Assembly: GCA_944364445.1 (NCBI GenBank)
Contig: CALVWC010000002.1
Coordinates: 1 to 49,615, forward strand
Source: an uncultured Clostridia bacterium
Lineage (GTDB): Bacteria > Bacillota > Clostridia > Christensenellales > UBA1242
Reading direction: 5' to 3'
Length of the DNA: 49,615 bases
The notes under the pieces are model-generated. The model did not search any database, had not been told where the DNA came from, and worked only from the letters and a program-made list of their open reading frames with translations. Positions 1 through 9,354 of this stretch are shown here, in pieces (position 1 is the stretch's first letter; each line of letters opens with the position of its first letter). Both the position numbers and the translations under genes were made by a program.

Positions 1-2
1 GT

Positions 3-404
3 TTAACGGAGTATTCCACCTTACTTTTTTACGAAAAAACTGAAAAAGGTGATTATTCTTCCATGATAGATAATGCATTAAATTCTTATCGGCTTTTTGT
101 GGAGGTTTATGAAAGTGTTAAAGGGGATGTGGATGAAAGCATGAACAGAGATTTGTCCGCCTATTCCACAGAGCCAGAATATGTCAACTGCGTATACACT
201 AAAGGGGTGCTTCTTTATGACAGTTTAAGAGCGATGCTGGGCGACAATAAATTTTTCAAGTGCCTTGAAAACTATTTTGATGATTATGCTTTTAAAAATT
301 CCTCGTCGGCAAAACTCATTGAAAGTTTTTCTAAAACTGCAAGAATGGATTTAGAGGGATATTTCAATTCTTGGCTTGACGGCACGGTTGTGCTTTGTGA
401 CTAA
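3..404 (+). CDS. M1-family metallopeptidase (aminopeptidase N-like), C-terminal part; 5' end lies outside the window
   Basis: The frame of the listed 63..404 ORF stays open back to base 3 (LTEYSTLLFYEKTEKGDYSS...). The sequence character resembles the region downstream of the catalytic domain of M1 peptidases. The family call is from memory only. Confidence 0.55.
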   Translation, partial: LTEYSTLLFYEKTEKGDYSSMIDNALNSYRLFVEVYESVKGDVDESMNRDLSAYSTEPEYVNCVYTKGVLLYDSLRAMLGDNKFFKCLENYFDDYAFKNSSSAKLIESFSKTARMDLEGYFNSWLDGTVVLCD

Positions 405-793
405 AAGCAAAAAACTTGTTTTTTAAAGTTAAATTTGTTATTCTTTGTTGTCAAAACTGCGTCGCAAGATTTTTCCGCCCAACTTATTCTTTTATCCACT
501 TCTTTAAAAGGAAGCGGAAAGTGGAATTCGAAATGGTTGGCATTAAAGGAAATTTGCTCTCTGAAATGAGGATAGATACATTTTGCACTTGATTTAATTC
601 TTAAAAGAAGAGAATGGATTTCTTTTGCGATAGTATTATCATATATAAAATAGAAAAACTTATAATTATTTCTAAGTAGCGAACCTATTTTTTCATTCAA
701 AGTGTCTAATGCTTCCATTTTAAAGTCATCATCAATCACAACCAAACACGCTTTCGACTTTTCTCTGTTAAATTCTTTTTGTTTTGTTTTCAT
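401..793 (-). CDS. hypothetical protein (130 aa)
   Basis: Long ORF, divergent from an XRE regulator gene. No motif recognised. Confidence 0.45.
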   Translation of the reverse strand: MKTKQKEFNREKSKACLVVIDDDFKMEALDTLNEKIGSLLRNNYKFFYFIYDNTIAKEIHSLLLRIKSSAKCIYPHFREQISFNANHFEFHFPLPFKEVDKRISWAEKSCDAVLTTKNNKFNFKKQVFCF

Positions 794-929
794 ATTTTTG
801 TCCCTTTATGAATATGAGTAATGAAAATTTCCCATATTATATATTATAGCATAAAAATGTAGAATGTAAAGCATTTTTGCATAATTAGAGTGATAATTTA
901 ATTCATAAAGGTTTGGTAAAATATGTTAT

Positions 930-1256
930 ATGAAAAAGGATAGTATTAGCGAAGACAGAAAATATTTAATTGAAAGAGCAGGTTATTTAAGAACGCGTGC
1001 TAATTTAAGTGCCAGAGAACTTTCACAAAGAATGGGTTTATCACAAGGGTATATCAACAAATTTGAATTTGGTGGAATAAACATACCTTCCGAGGTGCTT
1101 TTAGATTTAATTCGCACTTGTGAGTCAACTCCAGAAGAGTTTTTCTATGAAAACATTGAGCATTATCAACAAGACAAAAATTTCATTAAAAAATTCAATA
1201 AGTTGTCAAAAGAAAACAAGGAAATCGTTTTGAAACTTATGGATAACTTAAAATGA
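930..1256 (+). CDS. XRE-family helix-turn-helix transcriptional regulator
   Basis: N-terminal HTH_3-like segment (RANLSARELSQRMGLSQGYINKFEFG). The C-terminal EEFFY...D-K tail is shared with the island repressor at 41821..42129. Confidence 0.8.
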   Translation: MKKDSISEDRKYLIERAGYLRTRANLSARELSQRMGLSQGYINKFEFGGINIPSEVLLDLIRTCESTPEEFFYENIEHYQQDKNFIKKFNKLSKENKEIVLKLMDNLK

Positions 1257-1269
1257 GTTTCATTTTTGC

Positions 1270-1298
1270 TTGACAATTTTTTTTGTTGGATATAAAAT
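1270..1298 (+). promoter_or_regulatory. sigma-A type promoter of trpS (TTGACA-17 nt-TAAAAT)
   Basis: TTGACA at 1270-1275, 17-nt spacer, TAAAAT at 1293-1298, about 20 nt upstream of the trpS ATG. Confidence 0.5.
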
Positions 1299-1319
1299 AG
1301 TCAAGACTTAGGAGTTATT

Positions 1320-2312
1320 ATGAAAAGAGTTTTGACAGGCATCAAGCCAACAGGATATGCACATATTGGCAACTATTTTGGCATGATTAAGCCTGCGATT
1401 GAAATGAGTCACAATAAAGATTTTGAGTGTTTCTATTTCATTGCAGACTATCATGCATTGACCACTTTGAAAAATAAAGAGGAGATGAAAGAATATTTTT
1501 TCAACATCGCTTGCACATGGCTTGCATGCGGACTCGACCCAGAAAAAGTTGTTTTCTATCGTCAGTCAGACATTAAAGAGGATTTTGAACTCAACTGGAT
1601 TCTTTGCAATGTGACGCCAAAAGGGCTTATGAACAGAGCACATGCATATAAGGCAATTGTTGAGAAAAATGAGGAACTTGGCGTGGATAAGGACGACGGC
1701 GTGAACATGGGGTTATATAACTATCCAATTCTTATGGCAGCCGACATTCTTTTGTTCGACTCCGACTATGTGCCAGTTGGACTTGACCAAAAACAACATA
1801 TTGAAATTGCGCGCGACATTGCACATAATTTCAATGCAAAATATGGCAAATGCTTGAAAGAACCTATGGAAAAAATAGATGACGATAACAAGGTTTTAGT
1901 CGGTTTAGACGGAAGAAAAATGAGTAAAAGTTATAACAACACCATACCACTCTTTTCGTCGGAAGAGGTGCTTAAAAAGGCTATTTTTAGGGTGGTGACC
2001 GACAGTCGCTTGCCGGGTGAACCAAAGGATAAAGATTGCACTGTTAACAAACTTTTCAAACTTTTTGCCACCAAAGAAGAAGCACAAAAATTTGAAGAGG
2101 ATTTACTTAATGGTTTAGGCTGGGGAGAGGCAAAAAAACAACTTTTAGAAGTTGCCAATCGCTACCTTGCTCCAATGCGTGAAAAATTTAATTACTATAT
2201 GGCGCATAAGGATGAAGTGGAAAAAATTTTGAAAGAGGGTGCAATTAAAGCACAAAAAGTGGCAGAAAAAGTGCTTAAACGCGTGCGAATTGCCATTGGA
2301 ACAGAAGAATAA
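1320..2312 (+). CDS. trpS: tryptophan--tRNA ligase
   Basis: Class I aaRS signatures: TGIKPTG..HIGNYFG (HIGH-type) and KMSKS. Length of 330 aa is typical of TrpRS. AGGAG RBS upstream. Confidence 0.95.
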   Translation: MKRVLTGIKPTGYAHIGNYFGMIKPAIEMSHNKDFECFYFIADYHALTTLKNKEEMKEYFFNIACTWLACGLDPEKVVFYRQSDIKEDFELNWILCNVTPKGLMNRAHAYKAIVEKNEELGVDKDDGVNMGLYNYPILMAADILLFDSDYVPVGLDQKQHIEIARDIAHNFNAKYGKCLKEPMEKIDDDNKVLVGLDGRKMSKSYNNTIPLFSSEEVLKKAIFRVVTDSRLPGEPKDKDCTVNKLFKLFATKEEAQKFEEDLLNGLGWGEAKKQLLEVANRYLAPMREKFNYYMAHKDEVEKILKEGAIKAQKVAEKVLKRVRIAIGTEE

Positions 2313-2347
2313 AATATGTAGATGACTACATATTTTTTTTAATTTAA

Positions 2348-2683
2348 TTATTTTACTAATTTAATTTCAATGCCAATAACGCCGAATTTAGATTGCTCAG
2401 ATTTTGGATAATATTTTTCCATGTCGCTTGGCTTTGCAGTTTCATTTTCTTGATAGCCAAGTCTTTTTTTATCAAATTGGGCGTATAGTTGTTTAAAGGA
2501 TGAGAAAATATGCAAATTAGTCACCTTGCACAAAATTTTTTCGTTTGTCTTTTCATTCGTGAATTCGATTAAGTCATCCTTTTTAATTTGTTTTCGCTTT
2601 TCGTCGTAAAGGCGCATTTCAATATCTTTCCCTCCACTTTTTATTGCCTCAAATGGTTGTGGCTGTAATTTCATATAAATCAT
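2348..2683 (-). CDS. ASCH domain-containing protein
   Basis: Small protein with ...QPFEAIKSGGKDIEMRLYDEKRKQIKKDDLIEF..., typical of ASCH/PUA-like domains. RBS AAGAGG upstream. Confidence 0.7.
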   Translation of the reverse strand: MIYMKLQPQPFEAIKSGGKDIEMRLYDEKRKQIKKDDLIEFTNEKTNEKILCKVTNLHIFSSFKQLYAQFDKKRLGYQENETAKPSDMEKYYPKSEQSKFGVIGIEIKLVK

Positions 2684-2812
2684 AATTTACCTCTTTAAAT
2701 TTTTAATATATCTTACCAAAAAATCTGGAAAATGTAAATTGTTTTTCTAATTTTAAACTTTGTTGCATAAAAGTAAACTATTTGCAAAAGATATGCGTAT
2801 GGAGGAGGAAAT

Positions 2813-3061
2813 ATGATTATTGCAAACTATATTGCTTACATCTTGACAATCATTGGCGGACTTAACTGGGGGCTTGTTGGAATTTTTAATTTCGACCTCG
2901 TGAATTGGATGTGTATGGGAAGAAATGCTGGCTCAATCATAATTTATGTTTTGATTATGCTTTCAGCAATTTGGCTTATCATCTCTCCAATCATTTCAAG
3001 AGGTATGCTTGACCTTGGTTGCCAAAGAAAAAAAGAAGTGGACGAAAACAATAAAAAATAA
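2813..3061 (+). CDS. DUF378 family small membrane protein
   Basis: Two TM helices with the GGLNWGLVGIFNFDLV motif characteristic of DUF378. GGAGGAGG RBS. Confidence 0.75.
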   Translation: MIIANYIAYILTIIGGLNWGLVGIFNFDLVNWMCMGRNAGSIIIYVLIMLSAIWLIISPIISRGMLDLGCQRKKEVDENNKK

Positions 3062-3106
3062 AAGGGGATTATTAAAAATCCTCTTTTATTATCAAATTAA
3101 ATTCGA

Positions 3107-3589
3107 TTATTTTATTTTCTTATCAACAATATTATCTATTGCAATAACAAGTGCGATTAAGAAAGGGATATCCTCTTCTGGTGCGTCAAGTTCAAAAGCG
3201 TCATTAACAATGGTAAATTGTCGTCTAATAGTTCCCCAAACTTCACCATTTTTTAAGATATTTGAGGATAGGCTAAAGAATTTGCCGTCTATTTTTATTT
3301 CGTCCTTATAGCCTTCAATATAGAAATCGCCTTTTATTTGAAGCCACTTATCTTTCACAGTGCAAAGTTTTGTGTTGTTGGCATCATAGATGTATGCTTT
3401 GTGAACAAAGAAATTGAACCATTTGTTTCTTATTTTAAAAAGCCTTTTGCCTTGCAAGTCGCAAACCCATTTTACTCTCGTTATGCTGAAAACTCTTCCT
3501 TTAACTTGAAAAATAGGTTCTTTGTTTTCATTCAGCACGGATGAACCACCGCCAATAGACCAAAATTTGTTTTTAATATAAACTTTCAT
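3107..3589 (-). CDS. LURP-one-related / tubby C-terminal-like family protein
   Basis: About 160 aa. Pattern MKVYIKNKFWSIGGGSSVLNENKEPIFQVKG...F.I.. resembles the bacterial DUF567/LOR family. Confidence 0.6.
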   Translation of the reverse strand: MKVYIKNKFWSIGGGSSVLNENKEPIFQVKGRVFSITRVKWVCDLQGKRLFKIRNKWFNFFVHKAYIYDANNTKLCTVKDKWLQIKGDFYIEGYKDEIKIDGKFFSLSSNILKNGEVWGTIRRQFTIVNDAFELDAPEEDIPFLIALVIAIDNIVDKKIK

Positions 3590-3599
3590 ATTTTCCTCC

Positions 3600-4106
3600 T
3601 TAAATTAATTTTGAAATTAAAAATCCCGCAAGAATACCAAGTCCAATCCAAACAATTATCTTAATAATTAAAAGTGCAATCCAGCGTTTTTTTGCAGTTT
3701 TGTCTAGCAGATAGCCGTTTTTGATTTCCTCATATTCATTTGGAGTTTCAAGCTCCACCGCTTTTCCTTCATTTGCGAAAGGATGAAATTTTACATTGAC
3801 TTCATTCAATTCGTTTAATTTAAGTTTAAACAAACAATCTATTGTAATACATTTTCTGTCATAAAATGGTTCGAAAATTCCAAACACGCTTACAATAAAC
3901 GAGAGAAAAGCGTATAGCCACCAAAGTTTGCTTTTAAGTTCTAAATCGCGAGTTATCGCAAACTCAACAACATCTTTTTCCGTTTCGACTGTTGTTTCAT
4001 ATGAACCAAATTCATTTTTCTTGCATTTAACCATTTTTCCATCAATTAAGATGTTAGGAATAATTTTTGAATTAATTCCTATGAGTTTCAATTTTAATGT
4101 TTTCAT
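3600..4106 (-). CDS. hypothetical membrane protein
   Basis: ORF with internal and C-terminal TM segments. Preferred start is ATG 4106 (AGGAG 8 nt upstream), which forms an ATGA overlap with the stop of the upstream gene. Confidence 0.55.
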   Translation of the reverse strand: MKTLKLKLIGINSKIIPNILIDGKMVKCKKNEFGSYETTVETEKDVVEFAITRDLELKSKLWWLYAFLSFIVSVFGIFEPFYDRKCITIDCLFKLKLNELNEVNVKFHPFANEGKAVELETPNEYEEIKNGYLLDKTAKKRWIALLIIKIIVWIGLGILAGFLISKLI

Positions 4107-4606
4107 CCTGCCACTCCTACAGCGATAACAATTAAACAAATAAGAGCAACTGCAAGCACAACTGAAGATAAGACAATTCTTGCAACGTGTTTTGTGCGTC
4201 TGTCAAGAACCAAAAGGATAAGTGATAAGATTGAAGTTGCAATTGTTAAACCTGCAAAAATATAGAAGTTTTCCAAAAAGAAGGTTGAAATTCCGCCTGT
4301 CACTTCAACAATATTTGTGAAAAGAGAAAAAAAGTTTGGATTGATAAGAAAAATTGTGCCAACTGTGATAATTATGATAAACACGCAAATTATAATGACA
4401 ATTGCCGTTCCAGCAAAGGAAAAAATTCCGCAAAGACATAGCAATACAAGAACTATTGACATATTCGAAAATATTTTTCCTAACCTAATAAGAAAATTCA
4501 TGAAATCTTGTTTTAAGGGTGATGTTGTGGTTTGAGGTTGCATATCACTCTCCAAAATATAATTAGTATATGTTTTAATTTTAAATTTATTATAACATAA
4601 AGTCAA
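4103..4606 (-). CDS. hypothetical polytopic membrane protein
   Basis: Highly hydrophobic 167-aa ORF with several predicted TM helices. Translationally coupled to 3600..4106. Confidence 0.55.
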   Translation of the reverse strand: MTLCYNKFKIKTYTNYILESDMQPQTTTSPLKQDFMNFLIRLGKIFSNMSIVLVLLCLCGIFSFAGTAIVIIICVFIIIITVGTIFLINPNFFSLFTNIVEVTGGISTFFLENFYIFAGLTIATSILSLILLVLDRRTKHVARIVLSSVVLAVALICLIVIAVGVAG

Positions 4607-4674
4607 GCAAATTAACGATTTTGATTAAAATTTTTAAATAATTTTAAGGATAAAAGATAAGCCACTTTCGTGAC

Positions 4675-6723
4675 TTAAATTTTTTCGGCAACTTCCCAAG
4701 CACGCCAAACAACTGTTCTAAGGTTGCCAACGCCGTTTGCATCGCCAACCACATACACTTTTTTGGTGGCAAGAGGGTTAGGGTTATAGCCGATTGCACT
4801 GATGACCGAGTCGGCTTTAAGTTGTTTCTTTTCGCCATTTTTAAGTGCGATCATAACATTGTCTTTATTAATTTCCAAAACCTTGCTTTCAAGATAGGTT
4901 GGCACTTTGTTGAGTTTGAAGAAATCTCTTAAATATGAAGAGTTTGCAAGGCAAAGTGTTTTTGAAACCATAAGGTCGTTTTGCGCCTCAACAATGGTTG
5001 GATTTTTGCCTTTAAGATATAGGTCATAGGCAATTTCGCAACCACTGAGTCCGCCACCAATAATCACAACATTTTTGCCAACAGGTTTGGTTTCGTTCAA
5101 ATATTCCACCGCTTCCACACATCTTTCAGCACCTTTGACTTTCAAGGTTTTAGGTTTTGAGCCAGTGGCAACCACAACAACATCCGCTTTGACATCTTTA
5201 ATATCTTTGATTTCTGTGTTAAATTTAACTTCTATTGGAAGTTTGGCAATTTGCCTGCGATACCACTCAATAAGCATCTTATCTTTTTCCTTAAAAGAAG
5301 GAGCGGCAGCGGCAATGAACACACCTCCAAGTTTATCCGATTTTTCATAGATTGTCACTTTGTGGCCTCTTAATGTTGCTATTCTTGCCACTTCAATTCC
5401 GCCAACACCGCCACCGATGACTGCCACAGTTTTTGATTTTTTTGCTGGCACGATGTCGAATTTGTGGTTTTGCATGGTGATTGGGTTTAATGCACAACGG
5501 CTCATATGTGCAGAGTCGTTGATTGAGGCGGCATTTGCCACACCTTTATAGTGCGAAAGAGGAAAACATCCGTTATGGCAACAAATGCAAGGCAAAATAT
5601 CCTCTTCCCTTCCTTCTATAAGTTTGGTTATCCAGTGATTATCAGTTAAAAATTGCCTTGCCACGCCCATACCGTCGATTTTACCTTCAGAAATGGCTTT
5701 TGAAGCGGTGTCTGGTTCCATTCTTCCAGCGCAGACAACAGGAATATCAACAAATTTTTTGATATGAGCAACATCTTCAAGGTTGCAGTTCTTTGGCATA
5801 TATGCAGGAGGGTGTGCCCAATACCATGCATCATATGTTCCGTTGTCGGCGTTTAGCATGTCGTAGCCTGCGTCTTGAAGATATTTTGCTGCCTTTTCGC
5901 TCTCTTCCATATCACGCCCAACTTCCGTGAATTTTTCGCCCGGCATCGCACCTTCACAGAAACCTTTGGTTTTGCTGACAACAGAGTATCTAAGTGAAAC
6001 TGGATAATCTTTTCCACACGCTTCTTTAATCGCTTTCACAACATCTGTGGCAAAGCGGTAGCGGTTTTCAAAACTTCCGCCATATTCGTCCGTTCTCTTA
6101 TTTGTGTAGGCGGTGGTGAATTGGTCAAGAAGATAACCCTCGTGAACGGCGTGAACTTCCACACCATCAACGCCAGCCTCTTTGCATAGTTTGGCAGTTT
6201 TTGCAAAGCCTTCCACCATTTTTTCAATTTCTTTTTTAGTAAGTGCGCGAGTGTAAACTCCTTCCGCCCAACGAGCAGGAAGTTTGCTTGGAGAAGCACA
6301 GATATATGAAAGATTGAAAATTGGTTTAATAAGAGCGCCAAGCGCTGGATGTTTCACCATTGGCACAAGTTTGTCTGGAATGGAGAAAGAACGACCAAAA
6401 CCAGCGGTCAATTGCACAAAAAGTTTTGCACCAGTTTTGTGAATTTCTTCCATATATGGTTTAAGTTTTTTGAAACTTTTTTTGCTTTTATAAAGCCATT
6501 GTCCGCCCATTAAGTTTCTTAAGGGTGCAATTCCCGGAATGATTAAACCCACATTGTTCTTAGCGGTTTCCAAGAAGAACTCGGCGGCGTCTTTATCAAA
6601 ATGATGAGGTTCCATCCAGCCAAAAAGTGATGTTCCACCCATTGGGCAAAGCACAATTCTGTTTTTTATTTCCACTTTTCCTATCTTCCAAGGTGTGAAA
6701 AGTGAAGCGTATTTTTTATCCAT
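4675..6723 (-). CDS. NADH:flavin oxidoreductase, Old-Yellow-Enzyme/2,4-dienoyl-CoA reductase (enoate reductase-like) family
   Basis: N-terminal OYE-like TIM barrel (CPMGG, HAVHEGYLLDQF), a central CICCHNGC Fe-S motif, and a C-terminal Rossmann segment VAVIGGGVGGIEVA...GG plus VVIIGGGLSG. Confidence 0.85.
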   Translation of the reverse strand: MDKKYASLFTPWKIGKVEIKNRIVLCPMGGTSLFGWMEPHHFDKDAAEFFLETAKNNVGLIIPGIAPLRNLMGGQWLYKSKKSFKKLKPYMEEIHKTGAKLFVQLTAGFGRSFSIPDKLVPMVKHPALGALIKPIFNLSYICASPSKLPARWAEGVYTRALTKKEIEKMVEGFAKTAKLCKEAGVDGVEVHAVHEGYLLDQFTTAYTNKRTDEYGGSFENRYRFATDVVKAIKEACGKDYPVSLRYSVVSKTKGFCEGAMPGEKFTEVGRDMEESEKAAKYLQDAGYDMLNADNGTYDAWYWAHPPAYMPKNCNLEDVAHIKKFVDIPVVCAGRMEPDTASKAISEGKIDGMGVARQFLTDNHWITKLIEGREEDILPCICCHNGCFPLSHYKGVANAASINDSAHMSRCALNPITMQNHKFDIVPAKKSKTVAVIGGGVGGIEVARIATLRGHKVTIYEKSDKLGGVFIAAAAPSFKEKDKMLIEWYRRQIAKLPIEVKFNTEIKDIKDVKADVVVVATGSKPKTLKVKGAERCVEAVEYLNETKPVGKNVVIIGGGLSGCEIAYDLYLKGKNPTIVEAQNDLMVSKTLCLANSSYLRDFFKLNKVPTYLESKVLEINKDNVMIALKNGEKKQLKADSVISAIGYNPNPLATKKVYVVGDANGVGNLRTVVWRAWEVAEKI

Positions 6724-6940
6724 AATTTTCTCCTTTTCGTTAACTATTTAAAGTTTAGCAAAATTTTGTGAGAAAAGTCAAAGAAAATAAGAATTTTTCT
6801 TTTTATTTTTTTGCGTTTTTGTATATATGTTATACAAAAGATTAGATTTTGCAATGCTGAAAATTCTTGTATAAATATACACATTTTATTTGATTTATTC
6901 ATGAAAAAAGTGCTATAATTTTTTTGAAAGGGAGTTGGAT

Positions 6941-7504
6941 ATGAGTTTTCTTTATTACTATGACCTTGTTGATTTTGATAAGAACGGAAATGTTAAAGAA
7001 ACCAAAACATGTGCCGATTTAAAAAAAGTGACTTCAAATTTTATCTACTTAATTTGTAAGTATAACCAAAATATCTTGCATGAAAAGGCATTAAAGACAG
7101 GAAAGAAAATGGAATTATCGCCGTTTTTTAAAGAGGGGTTAGGTGACCTTCTTGACAAGGTGGAAAAGGGAAGGGTGAGCAAAGAATTTGCCATTTTAGA
7201 GGTGGCAGAGAAATGTTTACCAGAGGTTAAGAAAATTTGCAAAGAGGCGATAAATGACCGTGAAATTTTAACCAAACTTAATTCGCTTGTGGATATTAAT
7301 TCGCAAGAATATGCAAAAAAGTTTAAAACGGCAGTCAACAAAAAACAACTTGAATACATAATGACACACATTTCAAGTCAACTTATGGACGAGATTAACG
7401 CTCTTTTAAAAGAGGGTGACGAGGATAAGAAAATTAAAAGCACGCTTTACAAAAAAATTATTTCCTATAACGGAATTGTTAACGCGGTGACAAATTTGGC
7501 GTGA
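6941..7504 (+). CDS. hypothetical protein
   Basis: ORF with AGGGAG RBS 6 nt before ATG 6941. TATAAT at 6914-6919. No motif recognised. Confidence 0.5.
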   Translation: MSFLYYYDLVDFDKNGNVKETKTCADLKKVTSNFIYLICKYNQNILHEKALKTGKKMELSPFFKEGLGDLLDKVEKGRVSKEFAILEVAEKCLPEVKKICKEAINDREILTKLNSLVDINSQEYAKKFKTAVNKKQLEYIMTHISSQLMDEINALLKEGDEDKKIKSTLYKKIISYNGIVNAVTNLA

Positions 7505-7553
7505 AACGAGCATAAAAAATTTTCATTTTTTTATAAAAAATATCCTTAAACAC

Positions 7554-7582
7554 TTGACAATTAATTAAAAAGATATTAAAAT
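7554..7582 (+). promoter_or_regulatory. sigma-A type promoter of rplM-rpsI (TTGACA-17-TAAAAT), followed by a leader of about 100 nt
   Basis: TTGACA at 7554-7559 and TAAAAT at 7577-7582. The leader contains a duplicated ATAAGCGT motif. Confidence 0.5.
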
Positions 7583-7681
7583 ATAAGCGTCTTTACTTTA
7601 AAGGCGTTTTATTGTTAGCCCCGATAAGCGTTTTTGAAGGAAGAAAAAATGTCCAATTAAAAATTTTTTTAGGAGAAAATA

Positions 7682-8125
7682 ATGAAAACATATATGGCAA
7701 ATCCAGTCACAGTTGACAGAAAGTGGTTTGTTGTTGATGCAACAAATATGCCTCTTGGAAGACTTGCAAGTCAAGTTGCTGACATTTTGACTGGCAAAAA
7801 TAAAACAATCTACACACCTCATGTTGACACTGGCGACTTCGTTATTGTGATTAACTCTGATAAGGTGGTTTTAACTGGAAAAAAATTGGAACAAAAGAAA
7901 CTTCGTTGGCACACAGGTTATGTTGGCGGACTTAAAACAGTTGACTATAAAACTTTGATGGCAACCGATTCCAGAAAGGTTATTGAACACGCTGTTAAAG
8001 GTATGCTTCCAAAAAACAGCCTTGGCAGAAAGGAATTTACAAGACTTCATGTTTATAAAGATGCAAATCACACTCATGAGGCTCAAAAACCAGAACAAGT
8101 TGCATTAAAAGGAGTTATTGAATAA
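7682..8125 (+). CDS. rplM: 50S ribosomal protein L13
   Basis: Clear L13 sequence (KWFVVDA...LGRLAS.VA..L.GK....[14 protein letters not shown]). Confidence 0.97.
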   Translation: MKTYMANPVTVDRKWFVVDATNMPLGRLASQVADILTGKNKTIYTPHVDTGDFVIVINSDKVVLTGKKLEQKKLRWHTGYVGGLKTVDYKTLMATDSRKVIEHAVKGMLPKNSLGRKEFTRLHVYKDANHTHEAQKPEQVALKGVIE

Positions 8126-8535
8126 TGGCTAAGAAAATTCAAAATAAAACTGGCGCATTCCTTGCCACTGGAAGAAGAAAAAAATCAATCGCAAGAGTTA
8201 GACTTTATCCGGGAAAAGGTCAATTCACAATCAATAACAGAGGTATTGAGGAATATTTGCAAAGAGACACTCTCATTTTAATTGCAAAACAACCACTCAC
8301 TTTAACTAACACTTCAGATAAGTTTGATGTTGTTGTTAATGTCACAGGTGGTGGTCTTTCTGGCCAAGCAGGTGCCATCCGTCACGGAATTGCAAGAGCA
8401 CTTGTTGAAGCGTCAGAAACTTATAAGAAAGAACTTAAAGAGGCTGGCTTCTTAACAAGAGACCCAAGAATGAAAGAAAGAAAGAAATACGGTCTTAAAA
8501 AAGCAAGAAAAGCACCACAATTCTCAAAGAGATAA
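8125..8535 (+). CDS. rpsI: 30S ribosomal protein S9
   Basis: Clear S9 sequence ending ...[15 protein letters not shown] overlaps the rplM stop. Confidence 0.97.
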   Translation: MAKKIQNKTGAFLATGRRKKSIARVRLYPGKGQFTINNRGIEEYLQRDTLILIAKQPLTLTNTSDKFDVVVNVTGGGLSGQAGAIRHGIARALVEASETYKKELKEAGFLTRDPRMKERKKYGLKKARKAPQFSKR

Positions 8536-8536
8536 C

Positions 8537-8563
8537 AAAAACAGGCAGTTTGCCTGTTTTTTT
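8537..8563 (+). terminator. Rho-independent terminator after rpsI
   Basis: ACAGGCA-GTT-TGCCTGT hairpin (8541-8557) followed by a T run. Confidence 0.8.
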
Positions 8564-8595
8564 GTTGAAAGAAAAGTTAAAATTGTGGAAGTTTG

Positions 8596-8739
8596 GCGGG
8601 CGAAAGTGTGCTTTTTGCGGTGTTGTTTCTTTGTGTGGCATGTTGAAGGATAACAATTATATCAAAAATGCATTTTTGCTAACACGCAAAAAGCACTGCA
8701 CGCTTTGCGTGCCCATGCTTTGCATGGACTTTCGCCCGC
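8596..8739. repeat. GC-rich nested perfect palindromic module (four-helix junction-like)
   Basis: Perfect pairings: 8596-8607/8728-8739 and 8608-8619/8685-8696, plus hairpins 8698-8712 and 8713-8727. The pairings are certain; the function is unknown. Confidence 0.6.
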
Positions 8740-8817
8740 ATTTCATTGAAATTTATAAAAAAATCTATCAATTTTCATTTTCATGGTGTATAATATGATA
8801 GCTTACAAAGGAGAAAA

Positions 8818-9354
8818 ATGAAAGATATAAACGCGCTTGTCAGCAGGTTGCAGAAGGGCGATACGGAAGCGTTTGATAAGATATATAAGTTGACGAACAA
8901 GTCAATTTATTTTGTTGCTTACTCCATTTTGAAAAACAAGGATGACAGCGAAGAAATCGTGCAAGAAGTTTACATAAAATTTTATAAAAACCTTTCAAAA
9001 ATCGACACAACACGCAATGTTTACAATCTTCTTTACACAATAGCCAAAAACTTATCGCTTAACAAGTTGAAAACAAACAAGAGGTCAGTCACTTTGGAAT
9101 TTGCCGAAAATGTGACGGAGGAGAAAAACGAAACTTTTCATAAGGCGTCGTTCGACAACCTTTTAAACCTTGCCTTATCCACGCTCAAGCAAAATGAGTT
9201 TGAAGTTTTGTCGCTGTGTTTAATTGAAGGCTACAAGCGAAAAGAGGTGGCAAAGATGTTGGATAAATCGGTGGCAACAGTCACATGGCAATATAACAAC
9301 GCACTTAAAAAACTCAAATCTAAATTAGAAGGAGGGGGATATGAAAAAAATTGA
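8818..9354 (+). CDS. RNA polymerase sigma-70 factor, ECF-like subfamily
   Basis: Region 2 (FDKIYKLTNKSIYFVAYSILKNKDDSEEIVQEVYIKF) and region 4 HTH (YKRKEVAKMLDKSVATVTWQYNNALKKLK). Confidence 0.85.
   Translation: MKDINALVSRLQKGDTEAFDKIYKLTNKSIYFVAYSILKNKDDSEEIVQEVYIKFYKNLSKIDTTRNVYNLLYTIAKNLSLNKLKTNKRSVTLEFAENVTEEKNETFHKASFDNLLNLALSTLKQNEFEVLSLCLIEGYKRKEVAKMLDKSVATVTWQYNNALKKLKSKLEGGGYEKN

Noticed and set aside
1257-1319. Expected T-box leader upstream of trpS
   Set aside because: Only 63 nt separate the upstream stop from the trpS ATG, and a consensus promoter occupies most of that space. There is no room for a T-box riboswitch of about 200 nt.
3009-3311. 100-aa + ORF overlapping the end of the DUF378 gene and the LURP-like gene
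   Set aside because: It is out of frame or antisense to two genes with recognisable family features, and it has no RBS.
8550-8798. 82-aa ORF in the rpsI-sigma intergenic region
   Set aside because: It has no RBS and starts inside the rpsI terminator. Its Cys/Phe-rich product is what one gets from translating a GC-rich palindrome. I treat the region as a structured DNA/RNA element instead.
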